DNA from: Ministeria vibrans ATCC 50519
Lineage: Eukaryota; Protista; Filasterea
Direction of reading: 5' to 3'
Length of the DNA: 55,335 bases
Assembly: GCA_943704425.1 (NCBI GenBank)
Contig: CALSCP010001769.1
Location: 1 to 55,335 of the forward strand
A program made the position numbers and the translations under genes. The notes beneath the pieces were generated by a model. That model was not told the origin of the DNA and made no database searches. It worked only from the letters and a program-made list of their open reading frames with translations. Below are positions 25,509 through 34,255 of the stretch, one piece after another (within the stretch, counting starts at the first letter, position 1; every line of letters begins with the position of its first letter).

Positions 25509-25769
25509 GTTTTTAGCACTATCTTTTTTTGTACAATACTTATTAATTTTTTTTATTATTATTACACCAAAAGTTATATCGCCCATTAACATGAATGTTG
25601 TCTAACTTGTCTTTATGATGAATTGATGAATGATGATGGTATTTTTGGGCCAAATGAGTTCGTTAATAAAAAATAAGGAGAATAAAATTAACGAGAGCGT
25701 CAGTGCCACCGTCGCACCATGGTCGCCCGCAGGCGCACTGGGCAGCGCAGNNNNNNNAAAAAAATGTAG

Positions 25770-25850
25770 TATTAGCACGACGCTCTAACCAGTAGGCTGA
25801 GCTAACCGGTCGAATGACCAGTAAGGGGATCGAACCCTTGACCTTCGCGT
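25770..25850 (-). tRNA. Circularly permuted tRNA-Ile(AAU), copy 1 (3' half 25850-25815, TTC linker, 5' half 25811-25770)
   Basis: Reverse complement is identical over 81 nt to 29535-29615. Anticodon AAT at 25773-25771. Followed by CTACA and an oligo-T terminator (A-run 25758-25764). Confidence 0.9.
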
Positions 25851-25947
25851 TTCAACTGAAATGCAAAATGTGTAAAAAGTGCTATAAAACTTCATTTTGG
25901 TTTTGACTTTTTGTTTTTGCACCATGTGTCTCAATATACTGACTATA
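25851..25947 (-). promoter_or_regulatory. Conserved upstream region of permuted tRNA copy 1 with TTTATA box (candidate external Pol III promoter)
   Basis: Aligns with 29439-29534. TTTTATAG on the minus strand at ~25889-25882. Confidence 0.55.
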
Positions 25948-26696
25948 TTCCATTTATATACTATCACAGAACATTCAGAAAAACAATCAATACCTCTTCC
26001 TTGTTCATTATGCAGCTCCATTTTGACACTCAACTGACACTAATCTCATATAAAAAAAACTATTCCAGACATGTCTCTAATAACTCTAATAACTCTATTG
26101 AGTATAAGACCCTGCCTAGACCCTACTTATTTGCGCGACTTCTGACCACTTTGCTCGAAATTGCACTATATTCTTGAAACGAAGAAACTTTCTTCAATCG
26201 GCTTCTCCCGCAATTGCATCACCATGTCTCCTTACGTACTAAATGCGCAGGATCCATTAATATTATTCCAGTATTCTATTACTTGATACTTCTTGTGGTA
26301 ATGAAGTTAACCATTTCTTTCCATCAACAGATTGATGTCTAAAAAGACAAAAAAAAAAGTGAAAGTCAGAAGAAAATGAAAAATTTGAATATTTTAATAC
26401 AATAATACAATAATACAAATATGTCTCATGGGTCATGTGTGTGTCAGTACTCAGTGGGTCTATACTCGGTGAGCTTCTTTCGGGATATTCTCGTCTAGAA
26501 GTCTGCGGCGGAAGTATTGTGCCTTTGTTTTGTCTATTGTCTTGTTTTGACATTGCGTACACCTCTCGATTCTCTGTTACAAATGTATTTTTCTTAATAC
26601 GAAATAATACAAAGAGTACATTTTAACACATATATACACACTTTGCTTTGCTGGCTGATTGGCCGCAAAGGTTACAATAAAAACGGCACAGAAGAA

Positions 26697-28949
26697 TTAA
26701 AACTTCAGCTTGCGGCGCGATGGAACAGGCGTCATGGGCACCGAGCTACGTTGCATGTGAACTCGACGCAGCTGATGCAAAGTCGGCGTCACGGGCGTCA
26801 TAACCACACTGTTGCGGTGTCGAGCCGCAGTCGCAGCTGCATTGCGACGCCGGCGGCGACGTCCAAGAAGGCTCTTTCCAAGTGACCAGCATGACACAAC
26901 CAGGGACCAGAGAAGCATGCACACGACAAGGACAATTGTTCCCGCCAATCCGTATGTGTTGTGGTCACGATTCAACGTCAGCGCCCATCGCCACAGCCTC
27001 AAGTCGTGCGCACAGCAGCGAAAGGCTGCGTCATGCGCACTGGACACGTAGCCAGTGTGCATGAGCAGATCGTGAGGTTCCACGCACACGTTCATCCAAC
27101 GGTCACGCACAGAGAGTGCACCGGCAGTCTGAAAGTAGCTATAAACGTGCGCTTCGCAAGAGTACCCGTCAACAGCACCAAGTGCAGCCACACCCGTAGA
27201 TAGGATCCCATCGCACACCAAACCTGTACCACCACAGTGGGCCCACGCAAGAGCACGAACAGCAACAAGCGTAAACTTTGCACCATATCCAAAGAGCAGG
27301 ACACACACCCCCGCTGAGAGAATCATGGCAAAGAGCAGCATCACAGCCATGTACTCTCGAGTCGATCCACCAAAGAAGCGACGCACAACTGCATGAAGAC
27401 CAGGCGGCGCAATGGCGTGAACAACTTTGTTGACGCCCAACAAGGCAATGGAGACGAGATTGCCCGGTCGAAGAGCGTCCGGCAACGCCTTGAGGGTCTT
27501 TTCCACAATCAATGTAAAAAGGGCCTATCAACGTACAAGAGCGACAGAGAGAGTCAAGAGATGAAAATAGTATGCATACGTACCTTGAAGGGAGCGGCAA
27601 AGTGATGAATGAGGCGGGTCCAAACATTGGTAAAGGCAAGGAGGACGGGTGAGACGAGGGCGGAGAGGGTGGAGAAGAGGGGTTGCCAGGCGTAATCGTA
27701 GAGGAAGGAGAGAAAGAGAGAGGAGTAGGCAATGAGGGGGTCGACGAAAAGGCGGAAAAGGCTGAGGAGAGGAGTGAAGAGGAAGTGGAGGGGAGCAAAG
27801 AGGAGAGCCAAGGCGTCATAAAGAGCGCGTGTGTAGGGAGCAAGTGCGTGGAGTGCGTTGAGAAGGGGAATAGGAACGGTGAAAAGGGCGCTGAGAAGGG
27901 ACATGAGAGGTGCAAAGGAGTGTAAAATGACGCGAAGGGCCGCGCTGAATTCTAAAAAATATGAGACGTAGACACAAAGCGAAAAAAAAAAAAAAAAAAA
28001 ATGAGAGAGTGAAATCGAGAGAGCGCGGAATAATTAAAATAGACAGGTCGCGTACCGGATCGAAAAATTTCCATAAGAAGGACGAGGAGGACGGAGCAGA
28101 GGGAACGGAAAATTTGATTGGCCAAGAGGGCGCGAATCTGAGCGCGATAGGCACGGATGCGGTCGGACCAAGAGAGGGAGGAAGGTGGACGTGTAGCGGC
28201 AGCATCGGTATAAGGCGAATGGAGGCCAGGGGTATCCGGAAGAGGAGAAGGAGGAGGCGGTAGATTCGGGAGGAGGGCAGGAGAGCTGGCACGAGTGCCA
28301 TTGAGACGACGACCATGGCCAGTGACGGCAGCAGCAGCAGCAGTAGCAGCAGCAGCGGTGGCGGCGGCGTCTCGATCTTTGAGCTGTTGTAGGCGCGACT
28401 TGGGAGGCTGAATGGGTCGCAGTGGGGAAGGAGAGTGAGCATGGTTGCCACGAGAGTCAGGAGAGGAGAGAGAGAGTTGGGAGGTTTGGCGGGAAAAGGA
28501 GAGGCGTCTCGGAGGGAGGAGGTCGCTGTGCGACGACTGGAAAGAACTTTGCTGCTGCGATTGGGTTTGCGTCGCAGGGTGTAAACCGGGAGTGACGTGC
28601 TCGTGTACATCGACGGAGGGAAGAGAGAGTTCGCGAGAGATGTCGACGGACCGTGCGAGCTGACGGGGCGAGAGACCGACGATGTTGGGGGAGGAGGTGG
28701 AGGCCATGAAGTCGGAGGTGGACTGGGCGTTGCGGAGGAGGCGGACAAGGCGCAGGTCGTCGGCGTTGACGGCCCAGTGGAGCGGCAGGTTTCCGTCAAC
28801 GGGGGACGCGACGTTGGCTTGCGCGCCTGCGTCGAGCAGAGACCGCGCGACGTCGGGTTGGCGCAGCGCACACGCGTGGTGGAGTGCAGTCATCCCCATG
28901 GGGTCGGGGCTGTTGAGTTCGCTGCGAGCGAGAGAGAGAGAGAGAGAGA

Positions 28950-28987
<38 letters not shown>

Positions 28988-29136
28988 CAGAGAGAGAGGC
29001 GACACCTTTTGAGATGGGCCACTTGGCGCCGAATGACACGCAAGGGAGAGCCGGACGCGACGAGAGACGCCAGAGTCGCGCTTGAACCAGTGGTGGATTG
29101 AATAAGAGGGCGCGGGGTGCGCTGGCCAGAGGCCAT
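26697..29136 (-). CDS. Ankyrin-repeat protein with Ser/Pro-rich linker and C-terminal multi-pass membrane region (4 exons)
   Basis: GMTALHHAC and DGNLPLHWAV ankyrin motifs. GT-AG splicing joins ORFs 27952..29142, 27554..27904 and 26697..27512 in frame (EIFRS-E-FSAALRVILHSFAPLMSLL; AAPFK|ALFTLIVEKT). Confidence 0.78.
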
Positions 29137-29438
29137 TTGCATTAGAGAGAAGGCTTCGTTCCTTCTCTGTTTTTGAGTAGTTGATCAAAGAAAAATTCTG
29201 ATTAAATTTGTATTTTTTCAAAGTTCAAACTTCAAAGCCATTCAAACTGCAAAAGGGACATTAAATTTTGCCACAAATCATTATTATATTATGATTATTA
29301 TTTGAAGCAGAATCACGCCAGGGTGGTGAAGAAAGAACTCAAAGAAGGCAAAGAAAAGTAGCACAGCGATGCAAAAGAATCGCTTTCTTGAGTGATATTT
29401 GAGCGTAAATAAATGAGTATTGGGGAGTACGTGAGCAG

Positions 29439-29534
29439 TATGGTCGGTATATGGAGACATGTGGTGAAAAAGCAAAATTCAAAACCAAAATGAAGGTTTA
29501 TAGCACTTTTTTGAGATTTTGCATTTCAGTTGAA
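29439..29534 (+). promoter_or_regulatory. Conserved upstream region of permuted tRNA copy 2 with TTTATA box at 29497-29502
   Basis: Homologous to 25851-25947 reverse complement. The box is 33-38 nt upstream of A38. The last 19 nt before the tRNA are identical in both copies. Confidence 0.55.
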
Positions 29535-29615
29535 ACGCGAAGGTCAAGGGTTCGATCCCCTTACTGGTCATTCGACCGGTTAGCTCAGCCTACTGGTTAG
29601 AGCGTCGTGCTAATA
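29535..29615 (+). tRNA. Circularly permuted tRNA-Ile(AAU), copy 2 (3' half 29535-29570, TTC linker 29571-29573, 5' half 29574-29615)
   Basis: 3' half: A CGCGA AGGTC AAGGG TTCGATC CCCTT ACTGGTC A. 5' half: GACCGGT TA GCTC AGCCTACTGGTTA GAGC G TCGTG CT AAT A. Swapping the halves gives a full cloverleaf with acceptor GACCGGT/ACTGGTC, D stem GCTC/GAGC, anticodon stem TCGTG/CGCGA and T stem AAGGG/CCCTT, closely matching eukaryotic tRNA-Ile(AAU). Confidence 0.92.
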
Positions 29616-29620
29616 CTACA

Positions 29621-29629
29621 TTTTTTTTT
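29621..29629 (+). terminator. Pol III oligo-T terminator of the permuted tRNA
   Basis: T9 run after a 5-nt trailer (CTACA) following A37. The same arrangement occurs in copy 1. Confidence 0.8.
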
Positions 29630-29993
29630 CTTTTTTTTTGCTTTTACTCGTTGCATGTGGTAGAACATGCTAACGACCCATGACGTTTTTTTTTTTCTTT
29701 TCTGCAGTTTAATAATAATAATAATAATTCGTCGTAATTAAAACGGTCTGGTTGTGTCTTCGTATGACGACAGTATCCTTGTAATAACTTTATTCTTCTC
29801 TTATTTTTTTTTAGTATTTCATTTCAAGTATATCGGTCGCCTTTACTTGGAGCTACTATTATAGGCTCCATTGTATTACTTCTTGCTTGAGTAATTTTTC
29901 ACTTTATCTCCCTTGCTGCGGTGATTACTGCCACACACATGCATTACGACTGTGCTGGCACCGCAAGTATATTATTGGAATTGATTATTAATT

Positions 29994-30605
29994 TCATTCG
30001 CAATGTTCTGTGTTGTCCACTAGAGTCGAATTCCAACTGAGCATCTGCTGGACCGAGACATCGCTCAGTTTGGAGCGACAATAAGTGTTGTCGTGAACGT
30101 GGTTCATGTAAGGCACACAGGGACGGTCCTGGAAGATGGTCGGAAGGGCCGGGTAGTGTGTGGAGTAAGGAGGAGACTGATAGTGCAGCGCGGTCAACTG
30201 AGAGGAAGACAAGAAGATAGATGTATATCCATTAGATGTGAAGGGACAAGCACAAATCAAACCTAGTGAGTGTACCTCTTGGCCAAACATGCCAGTGACA
30301 TTCTGGCAGTCGTCCTTCTGCCAGGTGAGTCCGCGATCATCAACATGCACAGCAGTGCCACAGTCGCTGAAGTAGTTGTCGGAGACCGAGTGACGTCGTC
30401 CACCACCAATGAACACTCCAACATGACAGTTGATAAACCTGACAGGGTGGAGAGAAAGAGAGAAAGAGAGAAAGAGGGAGAGAGAAAGAGAGAAAGAGAG
30501 AGAGAGAAAAGAGAAAGAGAGAAAGAGAGAAAGAGAAAGAGAGAAAGAGAGAAAGAGGGAGAGAGAAAGAGAGAGAGAAAAAAAGAGAGAGAAAAAAAGA
30601 GAAAA

Positions 30606-30642
<37 letters not shown>

Positions 30643-31521
30643 GAGAAAGAGAGAGAAACAAAGAGAGAGAAACAAAGTGATAGAGAGAGAAGGGAGAAAG
30701 AAACAAAGTGTTAGAGAGAGAGGAGGGAGAAAGAAACAAAGTGATAGAGAGAGAAGGGAGAAAGAAACAAAGTGATAGAGAGAGTCGACCATTAAGTTTA
30801 TAATTATAATATGTTCACGAAAGTGCACACAACCACTGTGTGTGTGTTACCGGTTGTGGGAGACATTGTGTTGGCTGAGCTGGTCGTCAAAGTAGATGGC
30901 TTGCACGGAGGGAGAGCCCAGAAAGGTCTTCTCGGTGTTGCGCACATCCTCAAACGTGTTGTTGCTATAACAGTGTGCACAGTGTCAAAGTGAGCACAGA
31001 GAAAACACTCAATTTGTGCAGTCATCGTTTAGACCAAGAAAAAAAATAGTCAAAACTCTATTCCCTCTCACTCTCAGCATCTCTTCTCTCCTTTCATATG
31101 CTCATTGAAGCACCCATTGGACATTGAAGGAAATTTACACACATGCACTCACCCACTCACTCACTCACACACACACACAGCTCTCCATCGTACAAAATCA
31201 GGCTTCCCCGTCGTGCCCACGAGCGCCCACTGTACCATGCACCAGAATCAGTCACTTCAAAGCACAAGTTCTTAAAATGGTTCTGCGAGAAAATGTGATC
31301 GTTTCCGCCACTTTCAAGAAGGAAAAAAAACAGTTGCAAAAAGAATCAATTAGACCCAAATCATCATGACGTATTTTCTTGTGGTTACCCAGTGATTCCG
31401 GTGTGTGGACCGTTGAAAATGTTGTTCATTGAATACGTATTACCCACTCCGGAAAATCTAATCCCGAAAAAAAAATTATTAGTTAATTATGTCTTATTAA
31501 TTATAATAATAATAATAACTA

Positions 31522-31553
<32 letters not shown>

Positions 31554-33755
31554 GTTATTCTACTCAATAATAATATAATAACGATAGCAACAACAACAGC
31601 AACAACAACAACAGCAACCATGATAAATAATAATAAGTCGATACCCAATTCCTGGTTGATAGGTTCGTTTCCAGCGAGCAAAATTGACAACAGAGTTGCC
31701 ATGAACGAGATTAAGAGCCTTGACAAGGGTCTTGGAGTCACCACCACCCACGTCAATGGCGGCACAGCCGGTATTGTCGGCTTGGTTGCCAAGAACCTGA
31801 AAAGGGAGGGAGAGAGTGTGAGTGACAGTAAGTGAGTGAGAGTGACTGAGATTGCAGGGAGTGCGAAATGAAGACAGTGACCAAGTGAATTGCAATGGGG
31901 TGGGGAACAAAGACAGACAAAGAGTGTGGAAGACTGAAGCTGAGCGACAGTAAACTGAGACTGAATAAGACAAATGCAATGAGTAAAAATACAGGCTGAG
32001 TGAGTGTGAATGAGTGACAACGAATAACAGTGCGTGTGGTAATAAGCAAAAGCGAGAGAGAAAGCGAGAGAGAGAGAGAGGGAGGGAGGGAGGGAGAGAG
32101 AGAGAAGCAAAAGTGATAGAGAGAAAAAGAAACAAAGTGATAGAGAGAGAGAAAAGTACAAAGTGATAGAGAGAGAAGAGAGAAAAGTACAAAGTGATAG
32201 AGAGAGAAACAAAGTGATCAAGAGAGAGAAAGAAAAAAATCTAACAAAAAAGAGAGAGACAGAGACAGAGACAACACGAATAGAACGTGATACTGCACAC
32301 CAAAGCAAATTACCTGATTGTGATCGCCATGCAAATTCACACTGCCCTGTCCCTGATTGGACAACACACACTCCTCGACAGTCACATAACTACAGTCTGT
32401 CAGCCCATGCACTCCCCACCCTTGTGCGAACATCATCTGAATCGAGCTCAGTGTCACATAGCTCACGTCACTCAGTGTCACAATGGCCTTTTCCCGTGAC
32501 ACATATGCCTGAGCACTTGCGGGTACGTTGGGTGGTGGCATAAAGTAGAGCAATCCCTTGTCGCGTGAAATGTAGTATTCCGGTGCAACGTCAAGTTCAG
32601 ACAGAATGTTCACTCCGTAGTAACTAAGAGTGTGTGTTTGTGTGAGAGAAAGAACGACAGAAAGAAAGTTTCAGATAGAGTCAGAAAAAATCACGCACAC
32701 ACGTCAAAAGTCAAGAAAATGCCACACATTTTGTCACAAGTCAAATACGTAAGAGAGAATCGCAGACAACCTGATGCTTTTTTTTTCATACCGAGCGTTA
32801 TCGGCAAAGCCATAAACAGGAGGGGTAGACGCATTCACAGTGAGTGAGTGCGTCTGCGGGTCAATTTTGGCCACTTTAACATAGTTGTCGGCCCATCCGT
32901 AGTAAAAGTAGCCGTGCAGCCACACGTCCGGCTCCGTGCTCCATTGCGACACACGGTCGCCGGAGTAGGTGAACCCAGACGGGTTTGCCTTGACAGTGTT
33001 GAGCCATTGTGGAAGCTAAAACACAAAGCGATCGTCTCATATGAAAACAAAAAAAACAAAAAATGACACAAAACAATCATATTTCATGTTGAAAAACACA
33101 AAGATTAATATAATTAACACTCACCTGTGTCGCAGGGTCAATGTTAGGGTAGCGAGCAAGCACCGCAGGCACATCGTCAAAAAACAACTCCATTTTGCTG
33201 TTGGCACAGTCGCCTGTGGACATACAACAGAATGAGAGAGAGAGATAGAAACAACACCCCCCAACTCAACTCCCAGTCAGACCCTTTTTCCCTCTTACCC
33301 AACTGCCCGTTCAGCAGCTCGCCCATTTGCGCGCGCGTCACGCCCAGCGCGGTAAGATTGGCCACCATGATGTCGCCGGCGTACGTGGACCACGCGTGGC
33401 GCGGCACCTGCGGACCACCGAGGAATCGCACAGCCTCGTTCTGGTACGCCGCATAAACAACGCGCCCACTCTCGCTGACGCCCGAGTCAGCCGCCCCCGA
33501 CAGCGCCAAAATGGGCTGCCCGGGGACGGGAGAGATGTAGTCGCCCGCGCGGATCTGCACGTGGACGCCTTCGGGGCGTTTGGACGGCGCAATGGCGCGC
33601 ACAGCATCGCGCGCTCGTCCCACCGTCGCAAACGGCGCACTGAGCGTCCCTGCGTTCGTGTCCTTGCCGTTCGTGCCGTCCACAAACAACTCAATCGGCG
33701 CCCCGTGCACTGCAGTCAGTGCGCAAAGCAGAGAAAAGAGAAGAAGAGCATTCAT
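29994..33755 (-). CDS. Secreted right-handed parallel beta-helix (pectin-lyase-like fold) protein, intron-rich
   Basis: Signal MNALLLFSLLCALTAVHG, then FVDGTNGKDTNAGTLSAPFATVGRARDAVRA, VQIRAGDY, AAYQNEAVRFLGG, LFFDDVPAVLARYPN, VWLHGYFYYGWAD, NILSELDVAPEYYI, DSGAWYSGRSW, AIYFDD, FIGGGRRHSVSDNYF. Confidence 0.88.
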
Positions 33756-34255
33756 TTCCAAAAACAAAAAAGCAGAAAAAAAAATATAAACGAAAGTGTT
33801 TTCGACTTTCGACTATTTTTTTTTTCGTGATCAACATTCATTATTTCTATTCTGTGTTCTTCTTCTTCATCATAATTATGCCAATTGTCATNNNNNNNNN
33901 NNNNNNNNNNNNNNNNNNNNNNNNNNNNNNNNNNNNNNNNNNNNNNNNNNNNNNNNNNNNNNNNNNNNNNNNNNNNNNNNNNNNNNNNNNNNNNNNNNNN
34001 NNNNNNNNNNNNNNNNNNNNNNNNNNNNNNNNNNNNNNNNNNNNNNNNNNNNNNNNNNNNNNNNNNNNNNNNNNNNNNNNNNNNNNNNNNNNNNNNNNNN
34101 NNNNNNNNNNNNNNNNNNNNNNNNNNNNNNNNNNNNNNNNNNNNNNNNNNNNNNNNNNNNNNNNNNNNNNNNNNNNNTTTTTTTAAACTTCTTATTGCTA
34201 GTATTATTGTTAGTATGTCACATGGGTTGTATTGTTATGGGTTGAATTGTTTGTT

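Noticed and set aside
25695-25750. GC-rich possible hairpin (CAGTGC...GCACTG) next to the 7-N gap
   Set aside because: Short, truncated by the gap, and matches no RNA family I can recognise.
25950-26640. Small ORFs between tRNA copy 1 and the ankyrin-TM gene
   Set aside because: AT-rich with frequent stops, and no convincing spliced product could be assembled.
29535-29615. tRNA-derived SINE or broken tandem tRNA pseudogene
   Set aside because: The break is exactly at 37/38, all stems are intact, the A-I pair and terminator are present, two identical copies exist, and there is no SINE body or tail.
25758-29627. ~190-bp inverted arms as terminal inverted repeats of a DNA transposon
   Set aside because: The arms are fully explained by tRNA + upstream region + terminator, the interior encodes an intron-containing ankyrin-TM gene, and no transposase or TSD is visible.
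30263-32371. LSLSLF / RERERE / IIIII ORFs
   Set aside because: Translations of intronic microsatellites in the beta-helix gene.
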